A stretch of DNA of 64,000 nt, taken from NCBI RefSeq assembly GCF_003704095.1, contig NW_020846063.1:1116001-1180000 (forward strand). The letters run 5' to 3'. The stretch comes from Pocillopora damicornis. Taxonomy: Eukaryota. The notes beneath the pieces were generated by a model. The model saw only the letters and a program-made list of their open reading frames with translations. It was not told the origin of the DNA and ran no database searches. The position numbers and the translations under genes were made by a program. This document shows, in pieces, positions 1 through 12,811 of the stretch (positions are counted from its first letter, which is position 1; each line of letters starts with the position of its first letter).

Positions 1-62
1 TCCACTAGCGTAGCTCCACTTTCTGCATATAAACCCACACACAACCCACAATTCCTCCAATC

Positions 63-96
63 GCTCTGACGAAGGGCTAACGCCCGAAACGTCAGC
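63..96 (+). ncRNA. Minimal type-I hammerhead ribozyme motif within a Penelope-type dispersed repeat (repeat spans ~1-160)
   Basis: GCT-CTGACGA-A-GGGC-TAAC-GCCC-GAAAC-GTC-AGC: CUGANGA and GAAA core boxes, 4-bp stem II, palindromic ACGT helix III, GUC cleavage triplet, GCT/AGC stem I. Confidence 0.7.
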
Positions 97-215
97 TTTT
101 TTACTCTTTACGGTAGCCAATTTACGTTTTCAACTTAGTTGTTAACACTAAATTACCAGTTTCTAGGAAAAATGTTCAGTGTGCTGCGTATCAAGACGTT
201 AATTAGCCCGATAAG

Positions 216-725
216 GTAATATTTCCGCACAGCCCCATCCTACATTATGCATTCAATTCTTGAACAGAGAAAACAATGACAAAAATAATACATTGCCATT
301 GGGAAAACAGATTTGTATTACAATAGTATGAGGCTGTGCGGAAACTTCACCTGGCTGAGACATAGATGATTAATAACCATTGATGCAAACATTACCATTG
401 CCATTAGGAAAACAGATTTGTATTACAATAGTATGGGGCTATGCGGAAACTTCACCGATGAGGTAAATTCACTGCTGGAGCAAAGAACTGAGAGAGTAGC
501 GGCGAAGTTTCGAACGTTTGCCTCTTCTAATCGATGCCGTTACATAGCAAACTAGCCTTTTAAGTGCCTCATCAAAGGTTCTTTCCTCCCAGATTTGGGA
601 AGGCGGTAATTGAGTAATATGGCTGAGACGTAGATGATTAATAACCATCGATGCGAACATTACCATTGCCATTAGGAAAACAGATTTGTTTTATAATAGT
701 TTCGGGCTATGCGGAAACTTTACCA
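216..725. mobile_element. ~135-bp MITE (216-351) plus two right-end partial copies (~384-456, ~661-725)
   Basis: TIR-like ends GGTAATATTTCCGCACAGCCCCAT / ATGAGGCTGTGCGGAAACTTCACC; same family as 1237-1374 and 35703-35839. Confidence 0.65.
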
Positions 726-754
726 ACGCTGGTACTTTCAAGTTCGAACATTGT

Positions 755-2110
755 CTAATATCCGTGAAAAAGGAGTCATGATTCGCCTCGTAATTTATCG
801 CCAGATCGTTTCATCCCCAAAGTTTAGATGATAGTCACTCAATCTTGTCACTCAAATGTACAAAGCGATCGGGAAGTTGAATTAACAACAAGTAGAAAAA
901 TGCCAACTATGATAATTCGTGACCGCAAGAAAGAGGCAAAGCATGAAAGTGTGAAAATTAAAAGGATAGTTTAAGATTTACATAGTGTAATTGTTGATTC
1001 AAAGAGGATTGTTTTCTTTGAATTTTAATAGCCCCTTGTTGTCTCGATTTATCATAATTAGCATTTTTCTACTTATTATAAATTCAACTCCCAACGCTTT
1101 GCACAATAATTAACTGAAGATGGCAGAGGTTTCTGTTTCTTGAATTGCCTGCTACTATCAAGACCCTTTGGAAGTAATTATATTCCGAGAAGGAATCAAG
1201 AATTGCCTCCGAGTTACTTCATCACCCAGCAGATTGGGTAAAATTTCCAAACAGCGCCATCCTACATTATGCATTCAGTTCTTGGATAGAGAAAACAATG
1301 ACAAAAACAATACATTTCCATTGGGAAAACAGATTTGTTTTACAATAGTATGGAGCTTTGCGGAAATTTTTACCGCAGATTGTTTCATTCAGAATTTAAG
1401 ATGACAGGCTCCGAGGAAATACTGTTTATATTGACTCAAATAATTAGGTTTCTCCCCTTAGATTTAGAAATATGTTAAGTGAGTAAATGTTACAGACAGT
1501 TCATTGTTTATTGTTCGCTGTAATGAACCTGTACTCCTCAAATTAACGGCATGACAATACCTAAATTCCGAGAAGGGATCATGAATCTTCTCTGAGTTGT
1601 AATTCATCATCAGGCAGATCGTTTCATTCCAAAGTTAATATGACAGGCACTGAGGAAATACCGTTTATACTGACTCAAAAAATTAGGTTTCTTCTCTTAG
1701 ATTTGGAAATACGTCAAGCGAATAAATGAACCTGTACGTCTCAAGTTAACAGCATGACAAAATTTAAATTCCGAGAAGGAATCATGAATCGCCTCAGAGT
1801 TATACTTCATCACCCGGCAGATCGTTTCATTCGAAAGTTCAGATGAAAGACTCTGAAGAAATGCTGTACAAACTGACTCACGAAATGTGTCTTCTTTCCC
1901 TTAGATTTGGAAATGGGAGTAATGTTGCACACATAGTTGACTATGCTTCGAAGACGTAAACCTGTTTTTAAGCATGAAAAATATTTCAATTCCGAGAAAA
2001 AGGGGTCATGATTCGCCACTGAGCCACCACGTCATCAGATCGTCTCATTCCCAAAGTTAAGATGATATGATCTGAGAAGATACTGTATGTACTACCTCAA
2101 GTAATTTGTT
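755..2110. repeat. Degenerate ~200-bp tandem repeat (about 5 units)
   Basis: Recurrent AATTCCGAGAAGG.ATCATGAATC...CAGATCGTTTCATTCCAAAGTT.AGATGA...CTTAGATTTGGAAAT at ~760, 1182, 1563, 1767 and 1988. Confidence 0.75.
1237..1374. mobile_element. 138-bp MITE with GG..CC termini and 8-bp TSD (Merlin-like)
   Basis: GCAGATTG at 1229-1236 and 1375-1382 flanks GGTAAAATTT...AAATTTTTACC; it interrupts one satellite unit. Confidence 0.75.
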
Positions 2111-2295
2111 TTCGACCCTGCAAGAATTCAGCGTAGTTCCGGGAGTCATCTGTGACGTTCGACCGTTTTGTTAACTGAGACATCAGAGGTTTTACAAGGA
2201 AAAGCTGAATTTGAAAAGACGGTTTCCAGAGATGATGAATTCATATTTGGCGTGCGCACATCGAAGAGATGTGTATTTGAAAATGCAACTCTTAC

Positions 2296-2427
2296 CTTCA
2301 TGCTTGCATGGTTACTTGAATTGACGGGCTTGTATGTGAATGAGCCGCCTCGAAAATGAGTACATGCTGTCCTATGTACGTACACAAGGAATACGAGCAA
2401 AAGGGCAAACTTTATACCGGTTTCCAT
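2296..2427 (-). CDS. First coding exon of a secreted protein (signal peptide followed by HFRGG motif); remaining exons not found in the window
   Basis: METGIKFALLLVFLVYVHRTAC-THFRGGSFTYKPVNSSNHASMK followed by a GTAAGA donor. Confidence 0.6.
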
Positions 2428-2959
2428 AATCAAGCAGTTTACAGGGACATCTTTTGATGCGTGTAGCAAATGTGTGCTTGAAGTTGTAGTTAAGGGAGTG
2501 GCTTTTTCTCAGAAAATGGATCGAAAATATCCTTCGACATCACCTGGCAGTCTTGCATGCTTAAACAACTCTATCTGTCAGTACTGATTGGTCAAAAGAA
2601 AAAGGGCTTTTATAAGGATTTAACCTTATTGGTTGGCTCGCATGACTTGAACTAATCATATGTTGTTTCAGATGGTCTTTCGTGACACTTGACGAACCAA
2701 ATCATCGTGGGACTTTTTGATCTTACGGGTTCGCGATTTTCTTTGTTTTAAAAAATAACAAATTTTTGCGGCTCGAGATGACTGAAATTTCGTTGATTTT
2801 GAGATTTTCTGTTCCATCAGCTATACAATTACAAGATTATCTAATAATAATTAAATCAATATGTAATTTTATCGATTCGGAGAAAGATAATTCGAATAGT
2901 TGATCATATTAATTTTTCATTGTATATAACTCGTTTACTCAGTAAGTTACTGTTATTTT

Positions 2960-5900
2960 TAATTGAACAGAATCGGCGTGTGTTATCTTGATCGGCCAAT
3001 CGCACGGATGAGGGACATTGATGGTATCCGCATATCTTGTTGTTGTTCGACAAAGCACCCGCAAGCAATGGTGACATTACCTTGGCAATTCACTGTCGTG
3101 GCCTAAGGTTGATGAGATTAATATCCTGTATTTTGGAGGCGCTGTTAATCGCTTGATCCGTTGCGGTCCATTTTCTTTGAAAGCTGCAGCTACTTGCAGG
3201 AAGATCTTGGTGCGTTAATATTGTGTTCGACCCTTTGTTGTCGCTGACTGAAGGTTTGCCAAGGGTTGAAGGGCTGAGATCTGATTTACAATCCACTGTT
3301 TGAGAAGCCATGTTTGAGGTGACCGGTGGCTGTAAATCTATTTGTGAAGGTTGAGACTAAAGGAATAAAACCCGAATAAGCCAAAACGTCAAGTTGATCA
3401 AATAAAGGATTGTCACAAGGATCTTAACAGAACTATGTCATTGATGTAGTTTTAAGACATGCAGTAAATTGCACTGCAAAAGGGACTATATCATGTGAAA
3501 CTCCAGAAAATTGAGAACTGTTTCTTGATCAATGTTATTAGATTAAGATGATTTTAACTATCTGGTAAACGTTTGGCAGGATGATATTGATATCGCAAAC
3601 TTTTTTTTCTTAAATTACAATGTTTTCAGATCAGTTGTTCTTCTATATGTTACTTTTCCATCGACGTCCTTTCCACNNNNNNNNNNCCCCCACTTTTGTT
3701 GTTACCAACACAAGTGAAAAGTTTTTGCACATATATGCTGTAGAAGCCCCCGGTTAGATTGCTTCCAGTCCACGACTAATTGCATGGCTGACCAAAGATC
3801 TAGGAAGGAGTTTGCACTGTGCACTGAGAGGATTGACTTACCAACTGTCCACGTATAACTATCCGGATTTCCTTGGTTCCCGACGTCATCCGTTCCCCGT
3901 ACATAAAAAACGTAGGTCTTTTCGTTCTGCAGTTTTCTGGCCGTGTATCTGTTGCTGTTGCACCGGGAATAAGCAGGAATGATACCTTGTTGACGCACGA
4001 AGCATTCAAACGAACAGATTTCTCGACAGTCGAAGCCGAACGTAAATGGATTTTGGTTGCTAACAGTAGCGGGCTTTGAAGTTATGATAACCATGGGTGG
4101 CGTGCGGCCTGAAAAATGAAAATTAAAAAAAAAAAACAGGAAAAAATAAGAAGGCATTGCATTTTCAATTTATGCATCGATCACGAATTCGGATTGAGCT
4201 TTCCATGTCTGTTTCTTTCTGCGTCGCGTGAGTTACATTGAAAAAGCTACATATTCTCTAAGACATCATCTCTCAATCACGAAGTTGCTTCACTGGTTTC
4301 GAACATAGTTACTTTATTCAAAAGTTGATGAATTAACCTCCGTTAATCAAATCGCTTAGCTGCTATGCATAACTAATATTATTTCAGTATTATTTTACTA
4401 TCCTAATCAAGTATTTTTCTCCATTTCAATAGAAAAATTAATTGTTTCGACATATTTTCCAATGATGAATGTCTGGCTGGCACCGCTGGGTTTTCCTCCA
4501 ATTCCGTTTACTGAACATAAATCACTTCAGCATCCTTTTCAAGCTTTTACCTCCATTTCAGTGGTTTTAATAATACGGGTCTCCACTCTCGACATACCTA
4601 CAAACCATGAGTGTCTGGCAGGCAGTGCCGAGTTTCCCGCCAAATCTGTTAACCGAACATAAATGCTGTAGAAGCCCCCGGTTAGATTACTTCCAGTTCA
4701 CGACTAATGGCATGGCTGACCAAAGATCTGGGAAGGAGTTTGTACTGTGCACTGAGTTGTAACATTTTCGTTTGCTGTCCAAGTGATTTGAAAGTCACCT
4801 TCAGAACGAGATGGAGCATTAATGAGTGTTAAAACGGGTGGGGTGATATCCTCTGTAGAAAGACAAATAAGTTGATGATGATAGTGCAATAACAAGAGAT
4901 TATAAACAGTTTATAATCTATTGACCATAATTGTTAGTAATATCAGTAATATGTACTTGTAATGTACTTATCTTTATCCTCATGGTGTAAGGATCTGTGC
5001 TCGCAGGCGACTCAGCACCACAGAAGATAACACCTTTAGCCACACATGCAAGGGAACCAGAAAATAACGTCAATATGACATTTGCTTTGACCATAGGCTT
5101 GATTCAAAACCCTTCATGCAGTCCCTCATTTTTTTAGCTGCTTTTTTTGCAACAAATGTTCTAGGGACAAAGTTCTCAGATCATGGAACGATTTGGAGAC
5201 AACACGATTCTTCTCCGGTCCTCAATGGGTACAGTTATCAAATTGATAATTCAGGAAAAGTTTGGAGAAAGTTGTATGGAGGCGATTTCATTGGGTGATA
5301 GGTTCAAAATCTGTTACATAAACTGTATGATCATGAGATAAATCCAGTATCCTCACCATGATCCATTGTTACATAGTAACTCTCTTTCTCTGTAAAGGTC
5401 AGTAACGTCGTGAACTGAAAAGTCGGCCCAAGACTCCCAACTGGATATATCACCCCGGCAGTAATGGCCACGTCAACACAGAAAACAACTGTGCCGTCAG
5501 ATCGATGGATCCGGATATAACTAATTCGTGTAGGACACACGAACTGTAATAAACATTTTAAAAGATTCAAGTTACATTTCAGCGTCAAATACCACAGAAC
5601 CTATATATTTCAGCTGGTGATCTCTTCTCAGTTTCAATCATTATGGAACTCACAACCTCCCTCAAATAATGTTTCAAGGCACCTGTTGGTCAAAAGTGAT
5701 GTTTTACTGATTTGTGTCGGGAAGAACTTCTCCTTGCGGTGAGAGACTGGCGAATTGTGGAGACGTAGATGGCAAAAGAAAAAAAGTGGGTACGTAAGGC
5801 GTACAAACAGTGTGATCTTTGAATTTGGAACTTCACAGGGGCTTTGTTCGACCTTGAGAGTGGGTGTTTATCTTACAAATATTGTTATTATTGTAGCAGT

Positions 5901-6065
5901 AAAAATAGACCTCGGTTATTGGCCAACTAAAGCAGACAAATTGAGTCCTCTTCTGTGAAGTCAACGACAAAAAAAAAAGACCACGCGCAATCTGTGGAGC
6001 CGTTCTCGCCATGAAAGGTGAAAGCAAACTGATCTTCACATATCGGTGGTCGAAGTGTGATTATC
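2960..6065 (-). pseudogene. Multi-exon pseudogene of a large extracellular protein with bacterial-Ig-like, Fn3-like and HYR-like repeats
   Basis: Exon-like blocks with AG/GT borders at ~5686-6065, 5356-5544, 4970-5045, 4599-4852, 3842-4108 and ~2960-3339 (DITPPVLT...VRLTDLAGN; YVRGTDDVGN; FQRKWTATD). In-frame stops (TNQ*NITF; PCH*S*TG), frameshifts and damaged splice sites. Confidence 0.65.
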
Positions 6066-7872
6066 TGAAAAATATGTGAACCAAAAGCATAGAGGACAAT
6101 AATGAAGAACAAACTTTATGACTTCAAACAGAAATCGTGAAAACCAAAACGACAACTATCGAAGACCGAAATGAATGACGTTGCCTTTCCTTTTTGTGTC
6201 TTTTTCGTTTAGCATGCTACTGGCACGTCTTGAGTAATATTTATGGGTGAAGCGAGACGAGCCACTGGGAAATGGTGTAGCTCGCACGACGTCGCGAATG
6301 GGATTTGGAGAAGGAAAAGGAGAAAGAGAAAGGTTAAATTTCTCTTCTCTTGTTCAACTTGACATCTCACGTTCGATGCGCTCATTCGTGAGCTATCGAG
6401 TTCAAAACTCGAAGAGAAATTCTGTATCTACGCGCGCCCATGTGTTATTCTCTATTTATCAATGCTACTTAATGTTATTATTAGTAATATTATTTAAGTG
6501 CATAATTTTGATCAGCTGCTGACCTTGAAATGGTAAATTGATATCCGCCTAATATAAATTAATAAATATTATTAAATATTATTGTTAATTTTGTAAGAAC
6601 TTGCATTCTCTCTTCACTCTTTATGCAACATTCAGTGGACACGAGACAGTAATGAACTCTTAATGNNNNNNNNNNNNNNNNNNNNNNNNNNNNNNNNNNN
6701 NNNNNNNNNNNNNNNNNNNNNNNNNNNNNNNNNNNNNNNNNNNNNNNNNNNNNNNNNNNNNNNNNCAAGATATATCAGCCATATCGCAAATCTGTGGTAT
6801 CGTACTCACATTATCTCAGATTTGTGTTATAAAAAGTATCTCAGATCTGTGATATAAGTTCCTATTTCAGATCTAAAATATGAAATCCATATCTTAGAGA
6901 AGAAATATCACACTCTAATGACAAGTCTGTCGCTTGAAGTCCATATCTCAGAGATGCCAAATGAATGGCGATATCTTAGCCGTATCGTATACCACTCATG
7001 CACTTTTCCTTTTATGCTTATTGTTTTATCTTGTCAAATAAAATGAAAGCGACTAACTGTATTTGATACTTTCAAGAGCAGGGCAGAGCAGCAGAGCTGG
7101 GCAGCAGTTGTTGTAGTAACTCAACGAGATGGTGATATAATCACACGAAAGAACGTTAAGAGTTCATTACTGTCTCATGTCCACTGAATGTTGCATAAAG
7201 AGTGAAGGGAGACGATGCAAGTTCTTACAAAATTAATAATAATATTTAATAATATTTATTAATTTATAGTAGGCAAATATCAATTTACCATTTCAAGGTC
7301 AGATGCTCTTCACAATCAATATAGGTATATGTAGAACTCGCTAATTACAGCAATTTAAACTGAACTGGTCAAAATCATACACCATAATAATATTACTAGT
7401 AATAATATTGAGTAGTATTGATAAATAGAGAATAATACATGGGCGCGTGTAGATACGGAATTTCTCTCTAAGTTTTTAACTCGATAGCTCACGAGTGAGC
7501 GCAGCGAACAAGTGAGATGTCGCGTTGAACAAGAGAAGAGAAATTTAACCTTTCTCTTTCTCCTTTTCCTTCCCCAAATCCCATTCGTGACGCCGTGCGA
7601 GCTACATCATTTCTCAGTGGCTCGTCTCGCTCCACCCATAAATATAACTCAAGACGTACCGGCAGCATACTAGACAAAAAGATAAGAAAAGAAATGGCAA
7701 CGTCATTCATTTCGGTCTTCAATAATTGTCGTTTTGTTTTTTACGATTTCTGTTTGAAGTCATAAAGTTTGTTCTTCATTATTGTCTTCTGTACTTTTGG
7801 TTCACATGTTTTTCAGATATTCACGCTTCGACCATCGATATATGACGATCAGTATGCTTCCACCTTTCAAGG
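6010..7872. repeat. Long inverted duplication (arms ~6010-6665 and ~7156-7872) around an assembly gap
   Basis: The 6247+ and 7489- ORFs are near-identical (RDEPL.N.VART.SRMGFGEGKGERERLNFSSLVQ); reverse-complement similarity extends to the pseudogene exon acceptor. Confidence 0.85.
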
Positions 7873-9329
7873 TAAAAAAACCTTTGAGTGCCCGTAATAA
7901 CAGAAGGCTTATTAAGCAGAATTTCTTCTCCCAATCCATGTTTTCCACCTCTGTCCATTGCGTTGACTATCCCCTATATTCTAACGAGTAAAGATGAAAC
8001 TCTTATGATAGCCGGCATTCGCTGTCAAACCTCCATCTTCATTCTATTTTCTTGACTTTAAGATGAATGTTTATGTTTCGCCATATTACAGCTAAAATGC
8101 TACCATCCATTTCTTCTTTATTTTAAAAAATGTCAGTTAATTTTGAATACAGTGTTTCTGTTGCAGCATGATTATCTCCAATTGCTACGGGTAGACGGTC
8201 AGGTGATCTCACGACAATGGAAACCTGTTCTCAGTTTGATGCTATCTCCAAAATGGTGTACACGTCCCCAGTCCCCAACTGGGAAAACTTTGACACATGC
8301 AAAATTTAGTTTGCCGGAAGGACCAAAGTTCACAGTCGTCGAGGAATCTTAGCAGAAGTGAGGATCAGCTGTCGCCTATAAGTGCATGAATGTCTTTTCT
8401 TTCCCCAAAAGTGAAGAACTGTCTTGTCTCCGTTGGAAACTCTCTTCTAAAATCGATGCCGTTCATTCAAGGGTCCCATTTTTGGAGAATTACCATTGAC
8501 CAGCTGCATCGTTATCATACATATCAGCCTTGTTATAATATTTATAAACCTTAAGTTTCAGACATGTTTGTAATAAATCTATATTTTACTATTTACTATT
8601 GATAAGGCAATAAACTTATAATAACGATTTTATTCATATCTTTTGAAACACTCTACTCCCGTCCAACCTTATTACATCCACTCCCATCACTATACGAGCC
8701 GTCTCCGTTCTTATTGCGGTTTCCTGCATGACTTCTTCGCCCTAATTCCCTTAAGTATAATCAATAATGGTCCCAAACAGAAACAAGACAGTTATTCCAT
8801 TGTTAAAGAAAACTACAGTTACAAAACATGTACATTTTTGGGAAATGAGTCATGAATGAAAGCAAGTAAAGTCGCCGGGAAAGACCTCATGTTAAATTTG
8901 CTCTTTGCTGCATTATCAACCATATGGTGGTTAATTGCTGTTGTGAAATAACCATCATGAGTAAGGTACTTTTTTATTTTTGGAATTCATATATTATACG
9001 GTATTGATATTGACTGGAGCAGTCTTGATGCCTATATCATGCATATGGTAAGGACTTCTCGAAGTACATCATCAGGCAAAATATCACTCTCATGCATGCA
9101 ATTTTCTATCGGAAAAATGTTACATCATAGAGCTCGCTTTCGATGAACTAAGAATGTATTCTAATTTGTCCTCTGGGTTTGTTCCAAACTATTATTTGCT
9201 CTACTTAAACGAACCTTCCATTTGAGACGGCTTGTGGTCAGCGGTGGACCACTCATGTAATAACAAGCAACTCGTACTTTACGATCAAAGACCAACCTTT
9301 AAACTGAACTGACTCAACTTTCAGCCTCT

Positions 9330-11430
9330 ATGGCTGGTCACGGATCACGATGTCTTCAGGGAGCAAGCGTTATCATTTTCTACTTCATTTTGCTGTCTGG
9401 AACTCTCTTCTTCTGTGGCCCATTATTCTTTTACGGACTTTATCGATGCTTCCACTTTAGTTGGCCGCTCGGTTTTGCCTACATAGCCTGGTGGTATTTA
9501 GTTGATTTGGAGACCCCTAACCGTGGAGGAAGAAGAGCAGAGTTTGTGAGAAATAACGTTTTCTTTAGGTACATGCGAGATTATTTCCCAGTCACGTTAC
9601 TTAAGACCACAGATTTAGACTCTTCCAAAAACTACATATTTGGTTACCATCCTCACGGCATGTTCCCTGATGGCCTTGCCTTGAGCTTCGGATCAGAAGC
9701 CTTGCAGTTCAGTAAAATTTTTCCAGGGATTGTTCCTTACATTGGGGCACACTCTTGTACGTATACCATAAAATTATGAAAGTCTTCTATTTATCATGTA
9801 TATTTTTCATTTCGGGTGGTAGCGTCAATTCCATGTTTTGTCACGAAACGACGTCACGTAACAACGCAACGTCGAAAAGCGTAAATTTCACTGCGTGACA
9901 TCTCAGGAAACATTTGCGACGGAGATCACATCAAGAATAGGCTGATCGTTTAAAACTATGAATAATTTTAACCATGTAAAAAAACGCAGTGGCTTAGCGT
10001 TACTAAATCCCTGTAATTTTCACTCCCTTTCCGCTTTCTTATTCATGTCTAATTGATTTTTGTTGAGTTGATAGCTTACTTCTACCCAGAGTGATAGCAT
10101 GCTTAACAGTCTCCCTTTCTCTAGATGATAATCAGGAAATTCATGCCATGATTAATCATTCAATCAATTTTTCAATGATCTATTACCTCAATTTGCTGAT
10201 TGATTCACTTTGTGTTGTAGTTATGAGTAGGTCCCCAATTTTTCGTGAAATTGCCATGGCTCTTGGCGTCATAAATGTCCATCGTGACAGCTGCAAGTTT
10301 GTATTGACTCAGCAAGGACCTGGACATTCTGTTGCCATAGCAATTGGTGGAACATGTGATATACTTAACATGAACCGTGACTCTTATGTCATAACTCTTG
10401 AGAGGCGTAAGGGTTTTGTTCAGCTGGCCTTGGAGACTGGGTAAGAGGTCAATTTTCTGTGTTAAACTGCAACATAGGAGGTCACAAGTATAGGTAGGTT
10501 AAGATGCTAATTAGCTACAGTGGGTTTGTGCAATTTTAAAATAAAAAGTCTGGTTAAAAAAGAGGTAAAAATTATTGAGCTCTGTGACTGGTTACTGGGT
10601 CTGGGTCTCACTCATGGTCAGCAAAGTAAATGAGGGGGGCGGGGGGGGGGGGCTAGAACAGGCTGTCTCCTGTACACTAAAGATTATGCAAAAAAATGGT
10701 CATGGGAAGTTTATTCCTTAACTCCCAGAAGCTATGGACAGCAACACTGAATGTATAGAATGGTGGGCTGATTTCACAATTACCAAGCATCAAATGTGTA
10801 TGGGTCAAGCCTGAGTTTTTTTTTTTCCTTTATGATGGTAGGGCTCATTTAGTTCCAGTTTTTGCTTTTGGACAGAACAATGTGATTAGTCGTCAGCTTA
10901 AGCTGAACGGCCTCCTGACTGCTTATCACATTGGTCGCAGCAAATGGGAGAAGTGGATAAAAGTTTTCTTGAAGAGCTGTTCGGTACTGCCATATGCACA
11001 ATATTGTGTAATGCCTTATTCCACACCCATAACTGTTGTTGGTAAGTTGTTTTCCATTTTAGAACCTAAAGTTACTTTGTTATAAATTACAGAAAATTCA
11101 AGCAAATTTCTAAAATAATGAGGTAGAGTAAACCCTTTCAACCAGCTTCCATTACTTACTAGTACATGTTTCTTTATATATATATGTATTTATGTATGTA
11201 TGTATAAAACAGACATATTACAGACTGACATTGCATTTAATTTGACCCAGATTATTACTGTGTAACATTTTTCAGTTGGATCACCCATCTCTGTGGAAAG
11301 AGTGGAAAATCCAAGCAAGGAACAAATAAATAAACTGCATTCTGAGTATGCACAGAAGTTGAGAGAGTTATTCTATGAACATAGGGATGTCTGTGGAGTG
11401 CCACAGGGTACTGAGCTTGTGATTCAGTAG
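9330..11430 (+). CDS. DGAT2/MOGAT-family acylglycerol O-acyltransferase (4 exons)
   Basis: Exons 9330-9756, 10221-10440, 10842-11041, 11276-11430, GT-AG and in phase. Motifs YFP, YIFGYHPHG, RKGFVQLALETGAHLVPVFAFG, PITVVVGSPI. Confidence 0.92.
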
Positions 11431-12811
11431 CACCAGAGTTTCAGCCCACAGTCTCACTAGTGTGCCTTTGTAAAGAAACTTTAATCCAAATTTTATTCTT
11501 GTGAACCTTACATGGTGAGGCAAGAAGCAGCACAATACTCAAAGAAAGCATTTTGATACTGAAGAGATGGTAAATTATTTTAGTGCTTCATTCAGGGATT
11601 TTTGAACACTTATTCTAGATCTGAAGACCAGCCCTGAACAACCTAACTGATTCCATTTCTCAACAGTTATGTACTTGACTTCAAAATAAACAAAATTTCT
11701 TTTGTTTTGCCTTTCCTATTTTTTACCTTTTCAAACCACATAGAAACCTTGCCTCCTTAACGATAATGTGATAGGTGAAATTTCAGACAGCATAGTCCAA
11801 ATAGTTGAGATCAAGGATATTTTCTCCTTTGCATAACAAGACCACCATGGGAAAACTTAAGGATTAATTTAGGAAAAGATATCTGCAACTGAATCTTCCT
11901 ATGATATCATTCATCTCAATCAATGATCCTTAAAGGGAAGGTTGTATGCGCCAGTTTCCTGTTTATAGGACTGATAGAGTTACAGTCCATAAAATTTGAA
12001 ATTGCCAAACGTGGCTTTTTTTCAGAAATTTGGGGTGATAAAGGGCCTCTGTTTTTCTACCTCATATTTATGCTGGTACTCTCAGTTCAGTCAGTTGGAC
12101 AATGAGTTGAATGAATTTTTGAGCGAGAGAAATCCAGAAGATTACAAAAGCCTCTTCAATTTGCCAATTCACCAATGTCCTATTTAAAACTCTGAGCTCT
12201 CCTTGTGAATCAAAACACAAGGGTAAAAGTAGATAAGAAAAGATATAGAACAGAACCATTTTAAGAGGAAATCTTTGTGTGCACAAGGATGTCACAACCC
12301 TCAAAATCAAGAAAAGAGAACATGAGCTTGTGCTCTCTTGTACCAAGAGGTCAAATTTTTGTAACACAACAGGAAATCAGAACCTTTGAAGAATTTAAAA
12401 TTCAGTTTTGAATGCACTGTTTAAATGTTCTACTTTACTGTTGAGGAAAATATTTTAATTTTTACTCTTTGTTTGTTTTTCTGGTTTGTTGTTTTTTTTT
12501 TCGTTTTGTTTTGTTTTTGTTTTGTTTTTCTTAATTTTAGTACTCTAACCCTTCTGGTATACCTCAAGTCCATGTTTGATACCTGTATCTCAAAGTAAGA
12601 CGATTGTTCGTAGTCCGTGGTCCTTAGTTTAAAGTCCGTTCCACTCTTATCGTTTTCAAAATTCCTCTACCGGTAGCGAGAAACCGCACCTATCGCGCTG
12701 TCTGTTTACGCGGTTAGTCTTCTTTCTGACTGAACTCTACATACTTGCAAGTTCTTTAAGACGAAAAAAGACTGATTTAGACTCCTTAAACCTTGATTCA
12801 GCTTGAAAAGA

